DNA of 64,000 bases from Paraphysomonas bandaiensis (taxonomy: Eukaryota > Protista > Chrysophyceae): positions 122,246 through 186,245 of the forward strand of contig CBFFRP010000407.1 of the NCBI GenBank assembly GCA_965644295.1, in the 5' to 3' direction. Under the pieces are notes generated by a model. It was not told the origin of the DNA, made no database searches, and saw only the letters and a list, made by a program, of their open reading frames with translations. Made by a program: the position numbers and the translations under genes. This document shows positions 12,567-26,632 of the stretch, one piece after another; within the stretch, counting starts at the first letter, position 1; each line of letters opens with the position of its first letter.

Positions 12567-13328
12567 ATGTGCGTACCCTCGTTGTCCTGGAAAGATTTAT
12601 TTGGCGAGCGCTCATATGGTATAATAAATTGTGACCAATTGTTTGAGTTACTGACTCTGTTGGCACCGGTGTTTGCTGTTGATGGGCAGATAGAAACTGA
12701 TTTCTTGAAAATTCTATTTGTAGAGTCTCGCAACGACGACCCTGACTTAGAATGCATCGTACAATGGGCCAATACACGTCTAAATTTTACGTTGGAGTTC
12801 TATTTTGCTGATATGCTTGTGCGTTACGTACGATTGTATAGATCGTGCGGAGAAAATGTGAGCGAGTATGATGCATTTGAGAGAGCTCGTCGACAGAGAC
12901 CCTTACACATCCCAACCAAAAATAAAAAAGCCTGGAGTATGCGGCTACACCGACTAATTGCACAAGCCAAGAAGAATGTGTTCATCGAAAGGCGGCGTCA
13001 ATCTATATCACTCGCTGGAAAGTTGCATAGCTTCAGTTTTAGTCGCAGTATAGCGGACAGATTCAGACGAACCCCGAAAGTTACCCCCAGCGATAGTATG
13101 CATATAGAAGATATTTCCAGCTCTAGGCTTAGCGCTGGTAGTGTCGATATCCATAACCTTCAAAAAAGGCGTCTCACTAGCCCGCTTTCCACCCCCGTGA
13201 ATCTGTATAAACTCCAGTCATCTGAGCAACAGAACAATTATTCTCCCGATTCCACACCCCCTGCAACAAGGAACACGTCTTGTACATTCGATGGCACTTG
13301 CAAAGACAACTTTGAATTCCTTGGTTGA
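12567..13328 (+). CDS. Hypothetical protein
   Basis: Uninterrupted ORF of ~250 aa with protein-like composition and a Ser/Thr-rich C-terminus; no recognised domain. Start uncertain. Confidence 0.6.
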   Translation: MCVPSLSWKDLFGERSYGIINCDQLFELLTLLAPVFAVDGQIETDFLKILFVESRNDDPDLECIVQWANTRLNFTLEFYFADMLVRYVRLYRSCGENVSEYDAFERARRQRPLHIPTKNKKAWSMRLHRLIAQAKKNVFIERRRQSISLAGKLHSFSFSRSIADRFRRTPKVTPSDSMHIEDISSSRLSAGSVDIHNLQKRRLTSPLSTPVNLYKLQSSEQQNNYSPDSTPPATRNTSCTFDGTCKDNFEFLG

Positions 13329-13931
13329 GAATGAGGATAAGCGATGTATATATCTTAATCAGTATTATGTGTGGAGACATGCTTTGTGTATAGCGCCGAG
13401 TATCAACTTGTGCAAAATTCTGCACATTGTGGTATCCACAGTATATAGATGATTAGTTCACCTTTCATATAACTAATCGTGTTGTAGAACTTTTTATAAG
13501 TGACCTCAGTAAAGAATTGTGCGATACTCATATGTAGGTCCTCTAAATCATGAACTTAATATTTTTTGATGAATTGAACTTGTTATTCAAATGAAATAGA
13601 TAGTGCCCTCAGTCGAGGGTGTATGGGTGCAGATGCATCTATTCCAAGCTTATTTCTGGAGTTCAGTCGTGTATAGTGTTAATTCTAGAATTATACTACC
13701 TTCTCTGACCAAGCATCATATATATGGAGCAGGAAGAAAATAAGGAAAAGCCTATTTCTGATGTTCTTTTCTAGTTTTTATGTAAGCCAACTCAAACACT
13801 GCTCTATACTTCTACAAATGTATGTACAGTACTTAATACGACATAGATATATATATATCATACTGATAAGAAGAGATGAGGAACGATGAAAGTATACAAA
13901 AGTAGAGGTATACAAAATACATGTAGTTGAG

Positions 13932-14057
13932 AATATCTGATTATTACATGAGAACGGTTGTGTACAAACACTAGTTTTACATCTATAGACTAACTAATAA
14001 GTGGACTTGCTATATACGACTAGTGGCGGACAACCGTCTCAGGACTGCTTGTGCATC
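13932..14057 (-). mobile_element. Isolated 3' tail of LINE family B
   Basis: Colinear with 43410-43535 (TCTGATTATTACATGAG..CGGTTG..ACTAGTGGCGG.CAACCGTCTC.GGACTGCT). Confidence 0.85.
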
Positions 14058-14078
14058 CAAAATACATAATATATATAT

Positions 14079-14537
14079 CAGGGCCTGCTAACCGTTAATG
14101 GCTCATTAATGGTAGTCCAGTTCCCGGCAATTATAATGGCATTAATGAAATATGTCCCGGCAATTATAATGGCCATTAATAGCTACTAACTTAAAGTAGA
14201 TAATACCGCTCATAATAATAGATAGTACAGTGCACCCTTAATTTCTAATTTTAAAATAAATAGCATACTACGAATTGTAACTACTTCTCGCTCTCTACTG
14301 GCACATCAGGATCTTCATGGAGGGTATAAGCATCCCACATCATGTAATTGGCTCGTAGGATAGCAACGATTCTAGATAATATATATTCATGTTTCATATT
14401 ATCTTAAAAATACTCGGCTCTATATATAGAGCAGTACAGGCCATTAATGGTAGTCCGGTTACCGGCAATTATAATGGAATTAACGACAAATCTCCGGCAA
14501 ATATAATGGCATTACCATTAACGGTTACCAGGCCCTG
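14079..14537. mobile_element. hAT-derived MITE
   Basis: TIRs CAGGGCCTGCTAACCGTTAATGG ... CCATTAACGGTTACCAGGCCCTG, subterminal CCGGCAATTATAATGG repeats, and internal sequence matching the transposase 3' end at 30929. Confidence 0.9.
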
Positions 14538-16167
14538 GTTTGCTGGTTTATATTCCAATGACTACAACAGAAATGAAAGGAGAGAAAACACACCCTGTGA
14601 TAAAGTATACATTTTAATCATGAAAAGTTAATGTTAACTGTTGTTAATCTGCAACAGCTAAGCCATTACTGCATCGTTGGTATAATTTGTTCTACAATAG
14701 TGTCTACGCCATCATTGCAAGCTTCACTCCAAACTTAAATTAAATTCCTGAGTTATATACATAACTTCAGTGAATCCTGAAGTATTTCGTATGAATTAGA
14801 TGAAAGAAGAGACTAAAGTACTTGTTCGTATACAGCAGTTCAAACGATGAAATCAGCAAAACGTACAGTAACTCCGAAAGCAAATTTTAAATGTACCAAT
14901 AAATTGTATCGAAATTTGACCTTCAATACACTGTAAAAACCAATATTGGCTGTTCATAAATTGCATGCCAATGGCTACATGTTCTACAAAAATTCGCATT
15001 GACGTAATAATGTACACCTCAGTTCTAAGTTAAGACTTTTCATGGTACATTTTCATAACCAAATACTATATCCGCATGGGGTTACCAAGCCCTGATATAT
15101 ATTATGGTAGTATACATGCATAGCGTAGGATGATATAGGAGTAGGTACTACGATGCAGGCTTGTGTAACAATTAATTGGTTTTCAATTTATTGTGTCTGT
15201 ATTATACCCATATATACATTTGCTGCCTCAAATGTAATTTCATTCTAGAGAGGACGGTCCTAAATTCTAAATGCCGAGGAGTATAGGGATGAGTATATAC
15301 TCTTAAGCAAATCAGTCATAACAATCTTAGTTCTACTGATGAATAGTAGGTTGTGGCATGCAAGTGCTTCATGCTGCGGTATCGAGCTAAATTTTTTTCT
15401 CTCCAGGCATTGTGTGTGATGGCATGCTGCGAGAGGTTGCTTTACCAATAACACTTCTCTTTCGCCTCAGAAGACCTTTCCTACAGGACACTCCCGTCGT
15501 TAGTAGGAACGTCGGATAAATTTATCAGAGGACATGTTGTATGTAGTAGTACGTGTGTCTGTGTGTGTAATAATACACTCTTACACAGAGAAACCGTAGT
15601 GTGTGTAAATATGCGACAATAATAGACAAGAATCATTAGATAGCAATGCTTAGCATTATTATCATAATGATGTATTCAACAGGATGGCATCATATATTAA
15701 TGAACAAATTTCACGAGCAAAAATAAGAAAGACAACAGAAAGCGCTAGAAGCACGCATCAAACGCCAACACGATAACGTTGCATCAAGCACTTTTATAGC
15801 ACTACGTGAGAAGTTGTTATTACTGATTTTTGCAAGCGAACGACACCAAGACACCTTAAAAATAAAAATGATGATGTTTCTTTGGGTTGAGGTTATAGTT
15901 CAGAAAAAGTTATTCTAAAATCTAGCAATAGTATATCGAAGGCAATTAATCGGCAATATGTTATTATATTAATTGAATGCTTGATTAATAGTTACTATTA
16001 CTATTGATGGATATATTATATATCTGTCACCAAATAATTGCCAATTACTTGTTACTACACGACGCAAGCCTGGTAGGATGTTAGGGATTTTATTAAATAA
16101 TATATATATTATCATGACTCTATTTCTGAAAATATATTATTATATGTGAATTATAGTGTAGTAATGA

Positions 16168-16468
16168 TAATATCTGATTATTGTGAGAGTCAGAACTAAT
16201 GTAGCAAAACAATTTAACTACAGTAACTAGTGCTTGAATCTGATATATATCCTACTATTTAGCGCAAGCACCAAAGTGCAACCACTTTCGCTCTCTGTTC
16301 TTAAGTTGAACTAGCCCAGATGCTTAACTTCAGTAGGCAGCCCAATACCCCGGATGCCCTTGAAGAAGTGGGCCCATTCCCGGAAGCCTGTTTATACGTC
16401 AAGGCCCAAAGACGTCTACACAAGAAGAGTGACACTTATTATTAGTGTCCTGTTGTGCCACACTAGCT
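16168..16468 (-). mobile_element. Partial SINE-like copy with variant tail
   Basis: GCAAGCACCAAAGTGCAACCACTTTCGCTC...GGCCCAAAGACGTCTACACAAG matches the family. The minus-strand end reads AATAATCAGATATT. Confidence 0.8.
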
Positions 16469-17240
16469 CAGACACCTGTAGCACATGTTGGAATACGTAT
16501 GGTTCTCTAAGATAGTGCTGTATAATACGTTAAATAATGCTAAATACAATGCGAAAAACAGTAATACGCAGTCAATAGTCAAAGATGCTATATAGCTATA
16601 ACTGTGAAACTGATGTATTATATCATGACGATTCAAGATACGTAAGTTGAGCAGTGGTTGACACGAACAAATAATTTATCATGTTACATGACAACATACA
16701 CAATTGTGTAAACAATTACAATAACGTAATCTATCTAGTTTGACTAACTTAAACTTCTCTTAAAACGATCTTCATTGTCTGAAAATGGTCAATAGTCAAT
16801 AGCACAGTCATAATTGCAACAAAATACATCACCAGCTTATATTAGATACTTTGCTTTCAAATGAGTACCACTGTCACACTTCTGTACCTTGAACCGTCGC
16901 GATACTTCAATTTCAAACTAAATGTTTAATAGCATTAGTGATTTTCATATTTCATACCACTCGTTCTCATTAATTAATCTACAACGCAAGCTCCTCAGCT
17001 TCACTTCGAGATTGTCAACTTCAGAAATACGTTATTATAAAAAACGAGGAGAGAGAGGCTAAACCCCAAAGGGGCTCTCTCTCCGATAATATTAACGTAC
17101 AGCCCTTCCTCGTTTTATTAAAAACACATGGCAAGTAAAAGTACTTCAAATATGATATAATAATATAGGTCTTTATTACACAATGAGAATATCCCCCCTC
17201 AACCACTTCGAAGTCGACTGCATTTGCACCTGCACCTACT

Positions 17241-18428
17241 CTACTTTTCTATCTTTGCAATGACAATATCACCAGCCCTACCCAGTAGTGGCACGACTCC
17301 CTCAGGTAAAGACACACCAGAGAGTTTGATGGTGTCTCCATTACGAGCTCCGGTCAAATCGACAGTAATAGCGCGAGGCACCTCATCCTCCAAGTTACAA
17401 GCGACATCAATGAATCTACAGCAATAGAAGATAGAGAAATGATGAAAATCGACAAATGTAAGGCGATTACATATACAATCTCCGCACTTCATGACGGGAG
17501 CATAACATAACACTAGCATCTAAAGCACACCGGTATAAACACAACCGCCACACTTCCAACACGTTATATAAATAGCATTGAGCAATACGATACGATGTCT
17601 GACTCTAAACACGAATCGCAAGCACACTCAACAACAACGAGTGTACATACCATGCCACAGACATAAACATACCTCTGTATGACAACAACTGATGCACCAC
17701 GGCGTATATCAACGCTAGCATCTTCGTTGATAAATCTAACGGGGATACGAATTTGAGTACCCGGGCGGTATCTCAAGAAATTGACGTTCAAGGGTTGTTC
17801 GGTCACTGCATAGGCATCGTTAGAATATTCAATACTTCTAGAACAATATCATGTATTATATATACTGGTGTCATATATCATATATCCCACAATACAGTAC
17901 AGGGCAATCAGAAGATGCGAAAAGAAGGTGCAATGGGACAGAGTACATATACATGTCATACTGTTCCTTAATGGACTGCTATTTCTTACATGCGCATATC
18001 TGGTATTGTCTGATAATAGCTTTGATCTTCTGTCCATCATCCAAATTAACCTCGTAGAGTGTATTTTCCAGGGCCAGATGTCGCTCACGCTCCTCGTTTT
18101 TCAAGTCATGTTCGTCTAGTACAATGGACAACTTCTTCGCATTCGCCGTTGATCTCGGCCAATCTGGGCCGTATATAATACCGGGAATCAGGTTTTCTAC
18201 AGATATTACAAACAACATTAATAAAATCAAAGGTTGAAAATAACTTTACATACTTTGCCGAAGAGCCCGAGAGGCTTTCGAGCCGCCTTTATCCTGTCTA
18301 AGTTTAGCATGAAGCACTCGGAACTTCGGCACTTCCTCCTTCACCATTGGATCTTCGGAAATGCGTGACAAACATAAGGATCGTTTGACAATGTTTCTTC
18401 TATGCAGAGCGAAAGATCTTGACAGCAT
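17241..18428 (-). CDS. rplY: Nuclear-encoded ribosomal protein bL25 (Ctc/TL5 type), probably mitochondrial; multi-exon
   Basis: RQDKGGSKASRALRQ..LIPGIIYG, QPLNVNFLRY, IPVRFINEDASVDIRRG, VDLTGARNGDTIKLSGVSLPEGV. The Arg/Ser-rich N-terminus MLSRSFALHRRNIVKRSLCLSR looks like a presequence. Confidence 0.88.
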
Positions 18429-18980
18429 GAGATCAGAGTATTATAAAGTTAGAGAAGTGCGTATGGGATGAGCTAATGGATCGGGTTAATGTAACTGCTA
18501 CAGAGAATCACCGGATTATACAATCTAAACAAGTCGGTGAATGTATCACTGCAGACAGGTGAGAGAGTATCGTTTGTGTTTATGGGGCAGTAGTTGATCG
18601 GCGCTGTTTGGTGTTGCCGTGTCTATAGCATACCATACATACATACGTACATACCGTATAGCCACAGCCTCCATTGCTTCACACCTCCCGTTGTATATAA
18701 AATATATACGTAAGTATATCACTGTATACGTGTGGATAAATACGTGTGTATATTTGTAGGCGTACGGACGCCACTACTCATTCACTCATACATCGCTCGG
18801 TGCTATGTACAGTCACTCAGGACATACTCCACGAATCAAAATCACGAGATGAAATACCATTCGCTGATATTCGCAGAAGAGTGGGGTACACATGCTCATA
18901 TGATAAGGAGTGTAGAATTATGCTACATGATAAGAAACCTGCAATGAGATCGATAAATTAACTAATCTGGTGATTGCATT

Positions 18981-21957
18981 ATGTGGAAACTTGTCATGAG
19001 TGCCTCTTCTCATCAAACAAGTGCAAGCGCATGGAATCACTCCAGGAGATTGAGGGCTGCCTTTCTCAAGTCGTTCAGCACGCGCAGTCGAGAGAAATAC
19101 ATGAAGATTCTATATCGGAAGTTGTTATTTTTTGTGCATCCAGATTTCCTCATTAACCACACCAGAGAGAAAGAAATCAACGACACCAATTTGAAACTTC
19201 TTTCTCAAGAAATGGACAGGAAAGGGAGTCTTGGCAGCACCAGATCACTTGTGCTGTACATCAAGGCTACCGATGAGAATTCCGCTCCAAGAAGAATTAA
19301 GTTGTCATTGCACCGTTTAGAAGAGAGTATTTGGGAGGTGCTGGATACGCTGGGTGAAGATATTCCAAAGCCCCAAGAAAGCGTTGTTAGTGATAACAGT
19401 TCTCGACGGACTGTATTTGTATCGAGTAACCCAACTGATATTGCAAATTTCTTGGATACATTGTTAGACAAGTTAGTGATAAAATGGCATATTGAAATGT
19501 GTTTTTCTTATTATGCTGCTACTGTCACGCGATGTGCAAATGTGACTTTGTACAAGTTTTACTTCTTGTGTACGTATATATATTTAATTGCTTTTTTGTA
19601 GAAAGGACTTAATGAAATGGCGGTTAGAAAAGTCTCAGAAATTTCATGAACTAGTGGATGTTTGTAAGGCCTCCTTCGGTGTGAATGATATAGAGATCAG
19701 GTTCTACGTGATGGCTTGTATTATTATTTTCTTCCTAGAAAATTTTTATATTGACTATTATGTAGGACAAGCTGGTCTTCTCAGAACAATAATGCTGTGC
19801 TGCAGAATCTGCTCAAGACCCTTGGTATGTGTTTACGTCGTTTGATATTTATGGTACTGTTGAATAATATCATGCTCGTAATGATATATTCACTCGTATA
19901 AGGTGCAGTTGATGCTATTATTTATATACACCTTCTATTTCAGATCTGTATGCAACGGAAAGAAGCCACGTTCCTTGGCAGGGTATGACTATGGTCATCT
20001 CTAATGACGACAAGACTATTGCCATGCCGGTATTGACAGTATGGAGTTGATGTTTATAAAGTATATAATATAATTATTGATTTTCAGGGTGGCTCCATGT
20101 TATACATGCTTATAGCTCATTGTATGTTGCAGGTAGATCCTATCGAAGGAAAAGTATATATTAACCCATCACACGTCCCGCTGCAGTGGAGATCTACTTT
20201 CAAGTGAGCGTATGAGTGTAAATGCGTTTGTGTGATTGATTCAGTGTTTGATATCAAATATCAAAGTGTTTAGTGTGGGTTCGGATATATGTTGCAGTGA
20301 AGCAGATATGTACCCACTGATGGTACCGTGTTTCATTATTTCGCAGGGGAGTTACACCTGAGGTAATAAGAGTATCAATACAGCATCAGCGCGCACTCCA
20401 GGCCCTTGTTGGGCAGATACAAGAGCACTTTGTGAAAATTATTAATGATTATTGGAACCGCATGAAGACAACCACTACGGCGGAGCAAAATACGACTGTA
20501 CCTTTAGTCTTCAAAATAAAGTGAGTTTTGCTGTCATTATTCCTTTTCAGTGTTGGTTATAGAATGTTATTTCAACTGCAGTATACATGAGTGTTTACGT
20601 ATACATTTTTTCACTGTACTGTATAGCGGTAGTATTCTGTAGCAAGCAACTGACTTTACGTAGGAGGGGGTACACCTGCAGCAGTTTGTTCTATTTTGAA
20701 TTTCTTCGAAACCACACTCCGGATTATAATTACTTTCGGATAGCTGGTGAGGAGGGAGTGGGTGTCAGCGTGAGGACTATCGACACCAGCCTTCAGGTTG
20801 AACCGTTGGAGATATGTGTGACAGGTGAAAATTGAAGAATTTAGATGTGCTCATGTACGCGGACAAATTTTCTGCGTATGTGTTTCTATACAGTGCTAGC
20901 AAATGTACATATTATATTAATTGTATAGCCTGTAAATTATATTTTTATAGTCGAAGAAGGCCATGGATCGATGCTCTTGCCTACTGGCCACTTCAGGTGA
21001 CTACTTCTTTTTAGCCTGAATTCAAAGGGGCAATATGTTGATGGTTATTGTTTTGGAGAATTATGCCGTATTTCGGGCTAATATTTAGCAATACTGTTAT
21101 CGTTACGATATTTTTTTGGCCAGAGTTGATTGTCGTTCACATCCAGATGCTACCGAGTCGCTCATAGTCAACCAGGTACAGCACGGGTCAAAGTTATTAT
21201 GTTGTTCACGGTTTTGAATTTTCTGAATGCTACATCTAATATAACATATGTGTGATGCTGTGAATGTAATCCAATGAATTCAGATTGAAGCTTGTCTTAA
21301 CTTGAGAAGAGAATATAAAACAGTTCTCATGAAAGGCACCCACCTTCGGTAAATATTGCTCGATTTCTTTGTGTTTGTCTATACTTGTGTATTTTCCCGT
21401 TATTGAATTTGTGCTATTTATACACCCTATGAATGCGGTTTCTCTAAAGGTTACTGCATCACATCCACTGTGTATAGGAACGAGGTTATAGGATCTCTTA
21501 ATCTGCAAAGCATTGACAGTGGAGTAGGTGTTGATGATCAAATGGTATCTTGCGGTCATACTTGTGACATTTCTGAACATTTGAACATTTGATGGCTTAC
21601 AGTAAAGTTGTGTGGTGCTAATTGTAGACTTTCGAACTGTTTTCTCTGCCTAATATTTGCGTAGATGAATACCTGCTTGGTTAATATGCAGTCCTATATT
21701 GCTGAATCTTATAAGAAACAAGGAGGAAAATTAAAGAATCTCTCGGGTACAAGATATAGGCTATCCGTTTGTATCTTGTGCTTTGCATGTGTTTAAAGTG
21801 ATTATGAACTATGCTTGTTTCGGTTTACTATAATCTATATTCATTGTTGCCTAAAGGATTTTGTATTTTCTTAGGTCTCCGAGTAATAGTTGGGAGGTAC
21901 ATGGGAATCAATGATGATGGGTCATGCATCATTCCCTGGGATTGGCATGTCGTGTAG
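18981..21957 (+). CDS. TCAIM-like mitochondrial protein (DUF4460 N-terminus, DUF4461-like C-terminus); many short exons
   Basis: YRKLLFFVHPDF...EKEINDTNLKLL at the N-terminus. The last exon encodes GINDDGSCIIPWDWHVV*. Internal exon boundaries are not fully resolved. Confidence 0.72.
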
Positions 21958-22865
21958 AAGAAGTTAAAGGTACTAGATATGTATGCATCCGAAGTGATAA
22001 ATTTCATCAGTATTAACACATTGAGGCAGGAAAGAGAAATATCACAGTGGTCGTATAAACGTATCAATAGGTTTACCATACACTTCGTGTTAACTTCATT
22101 CACAGTACTCAAATTTTTAGTGTTTATGTGTTCAGTCTGTCAAATACTTCACGTGCTTTATACATTTTGTCAGTTAGTGCCCATTTATTAAAAAGTGCAA
22201 ATAGTGTTTATAGGGTCGAAGACCCCCCTCTCTGTGTGTGTGTTTTCATGAAATGTAGGCTACCTATGATATTCTTTAGTAAACTTTTCAACAGAACATG
22301 AGAAGCCAGAGGTTTACTGTGCACTTCTTGCAGAATCAGTAGGATGATATAAAATAACATCGAGGAGTCTATTACTCATATATGAGTCGTGAATTTCAAT
22401 GTCTACTTGAGTCACTGCTGCATAATATGTTAGAATTGGACATTCCACTGAAGTTAACTTTGCTCTACACGCAAACCTTAACCCCTTGCTTTGTTGAACA
22501 CAATGCACTTTCAAGTAAGAAATTATAATTATTAATATGAATACTTCACTACATATTCATGTAACATCTGGTGAATAATCTGTTCTCAGCAACATCTGTT
22601 TATCATATGTTCACCAGTCTTCATTGCAAAAGATTCTTGTGTTTTGAAAGAACAGAGAACTGTTTTCAAATTATGAAGAAGAAGACTACTCTGGAAGGAA
22701 GGTCACCGCTCGACGAACTACTGCAATTGAGGAGCCTCTGATATTAGTGTCGTGGTCGACCATTTGATCATTTGATGGTCTTAAAGCCACGGATAATTTA
22801 AGTAAAGTAGTAACGTAGGTTTTCAAGAATACCATACTGATATACCGCTCAAAATGAAATTCCCC

Positions 22866-25800
22866 ACACTCGAATATACGCCGTTGATACATTTGGTGAG
22901 TTACTCATCAATTATTGGAGCATAGATCGCCACTCCTATTCGATTTCTATTCTGAAACTATTGCAGCAGCAATACTGATTGCTACGACAGCATCACTACT
23001 ATGGCCATTACACCACGTACCTAATGAGCAATACACATATACTACATTAAAAGTAACAAGTGTTAAATAATATAATTATTATTTTCCACGAGCAATTGAT
23101 TAAGTGTAACTATTTTTCGTCCACATGATTAGTCCGACAGATAGATTTGCAAATCCTACCAAACACGATAATCATATCAGATGTACCCTCTGCGAGACCT
23201 CACGACCTAAATAGCTTACCTAGAGATATAAAAGAATGAGATACACTCGAATATACGCCGTTGATACATTTGGTGAGTTACTCATCAATTATTGGAGCAT
23301 AGATCGCCACTCCTATTCGATTTCTATTCTGAAACTATTGCAGCAGCAATACTGATTGCTACGACAGCACCACTACTATGGCCATTACACCACGTACCTA
23401 ATGAGCAATACACATATACTACATTAAAAGTAACAAGTGTTAAATAATATAATTATTATTTTCCACGAGCAATTGATTAAGTGTAACTATTTTTCGTCCA
23501 CATGATTAGTCCGACAGATAGATTTGCAAATCCTACCAAACACGATAATCATATCAGATGTACCCTCTGCGAGACCTCACGACCTAAATAGCTTACCTAG
23601 AGATATAAATGAATGAGATACACTCGAATATACGCCGTTGATACATTTGGTGAGTTACTCATCAATTATTGGAGCATAGATCGCCACTCCTATTCGATTT
23701 CTATTCTGAAACTATTGCAGCAGCAATACTGATTGCTACGACAGCACCACTACTATGGCCATTACACCACGTACCTAATGAGCAATACACATATACTACA
23801 TTAAAAGTAACAAGTGTTAAATAATATAATTATTATTTTCCACGAGCAATTGATTAGGTGTAACTATTTTTCGTCCACATGATTAGTCCGACAGATAGAT
23901 TTGCAAATCCTACCAAACACGATAATCATATCAGATGTACCCTCTGCGAGACCTCACGACCTAAATAGCTTACCTAGAGATATAAATGAATGAGATACAC
24001 TCGAATATACGCCGTTGATACATTTGGTGAGTTACTCATCAATTATTGGAGCATAGATCGCCACTCCTATTCGATTTCTATTCTGAAACTATTGCAGCAG
24101 CAATACTGATTGCTACGACAGCATCACTACTATGGCCATTACACCACATACCTAATGAGCAATACACATATACTACATTAAAAGTAACAATGTTAAATAA
24201 TATAATTATTATTTTCCACGAGCAATTGATTAAGTGTAACTATTTTTCGTCCACATGATTAGTCCGACAGATAGATTTGCAAATCCTACCAAACACGATA
24301 ATCATATCAGATGTACCCTCTGCGAGACCTCACGACCTAAATAGCTTACCTAGAGATATAAATGAATGAGATACACTCGAATATACGCCGTTGATACATT
24401 TGGTGAGTTACTCATCAATTATTGGAGCATAGATCGCCACTCCTATTCGATTTCTATTCTGAAACTATTGCAGCAGCAATACTGACTGCTACGACAGCAC
24501 CACTACTATGGCCATTACACCACGTACCTAATGAGCAATACACATATACTACATTAAAAGTAACAATGTTAAATAATATAATTATTATTTTCCACGAGCA
24601 ATTGATTAAGTGTAACTATTTTTCGTCCACATGATTAGTCCGACAGATAGATTTGCAAATCCTACCAAACACGATAATCATATCAGATGTACCCTCTGCG
24701 AGACCTCACGACCTAAATAGCTTACCTAGAGATATAAATGAATGAGATACACTCGAATATACGCCGTTGATACATTTGGTGAGTTACTCATCAATTATTG
24801 GAGCATAGATCGCCACTCCTATTCGATTTCTATTCTGAAACTATTGCAGCAGCAATACTGATTGCTACGACAGCATCACTACTATGGCCATTACACCACG
24901 TACCTAATGAGCAATACACATATACTACATTAAAAGTAACAATGTTAAATAATATAATTATTATTTTCCACGAGCAATTGATTAAGTGTAACTATTTTTC
25001 GTCCACATGATTAGTCCGACAGATAGATTTGCAAATCCTACCAAACACGATAATCATATCAAATGTACCCTCTGCGAGACCTCACGACCTAAATAGCTTA
25101 CCTAGAGATATAAATGAATGAGATACACTCGAATATACGCCGTTGATACATTTGGTGAGTTACTCATCAATTATTGGAGCATAGATCGCCACTCCTATTC
25201 GATTTCTATTCTGAAACTATTGCAGCAGCAATACTGACTGCTACGACAGCATCACTACTATGGCCATTACACCACGTACCTAATGAGCAATACACATATA
25301 CTACATTAAAAGTAACAAGTGTTAAATAATATAATTATTATTTTCCACGAGCAATTGATTAAGTGTAACTATTTTTCGTCCACATGATTAGTCCGACAGA
25401 TAGATTTGCAAATCCTACCAAACACGATAATCATATCAAATGTACCCTCTGCGAGACCTCACGACCTAAATAGCTTACCTAGAGATATAAATGAATGAGA
25501 TACACTCGAATATACGCCGTTGATACATTTGGTGAGTTACTCATCAATTATTGGAGCATAGATCGCCACTCCTATTCGATTTCTATTCTGAAACTATTGC
25601 AGCAGCAATACTGACTGCTACGACAGCATCACTACTATGGCCATTACACCACGTACCTAATGAGCAATACACATATACTACATTAAAAGTAACAAGTGTT
25701 AAATAATATAATTATTATTTTCCACGAGCAATTGATTAAGTGTAACTATTTTTCGTCCACATGATTAGTCCGACAGATAGATTTGCAAATCCTACCAAAC

Positions 25801-26632
25801 ACGATAATCATATCAGATGTACCCTCTGCGAGACCTCACGACCTAAATAGCTTACCTAGAGATATAAATGAATGAGATACACTCGAATATACGCCGTTGA
25901 TACATTTGGTGAGTTACTCATCAATTATTGGAGCATAGATCGCCACTCCTATTCGATTTCTATTCTGAAACTATTGCAGCAGCAATACTGATTGCTACGA
26001 CAGCATCACTACTATGGCCATTACACCACGTACCTAATGAGCAATACACATATACTACATTAAAAGTAACAAGTGTTAAATAATATAATTATTATTTTCC
26101 ACGAGCAATTGATTAAGTGTAACTATTTTTCGTCCACATGATTAGTCCGACAGATAGATTTGCAAATCCTACCAAACACGATAATCATATCAGATGTACC
26201 CTCTGCGAGACCTCACGACCTAAATAGCTTACCTAGAGATATAAATGAATGAGATACACTCGAATATACGCCGTTAATACATTTGGTGAGTTACTCATCA
26301 ATTATTGGAGCATAGATCGCCAATCCTATTCGATTTCTATTCTGAAACTATTGCAGCAGCAATACTGATTGCTACGACAGCACCACTACTATGGCCATTA
26401 CACCACGTACCTAATGAGCAATACACATATACTACATTAAAAGTAACAAGTGTTAAATAATATAATTATTATTTTCCACGAGCAATTGATTAAGTGTAAC
26501 TATTTTTCGTCCACATGATTAGTCCGACAGATAGATTTGCAAATCCTACCAAACACGATAATCATATCAGATGTACCCTCTGCGAGACCTCACGACCTAA
26601 ATAGCTTACCTAGAGATATAAATGAATGAGAT
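22866..26632. repeat. Tandem array of exactly 10 units of 376-377 bp
   Basis: Unit starts ACACTCGAATATACG at 22866, 23243, 23620, 23997, 24373, 24749, 25125, 25502, 25879 and 26256; only a few substitutions separate the units. Confidence 0.98.

Noticed and set aside
22866-26632. CRISPR array, or repeated 70-aa genes (MEHRSPLL...)
   Set aside because: Units are wholly repeated with no unique spacers and no cas genes nearby. The ORFs start at TTG and reach 70 aa only in the three units carrying a 1-bp deletion.
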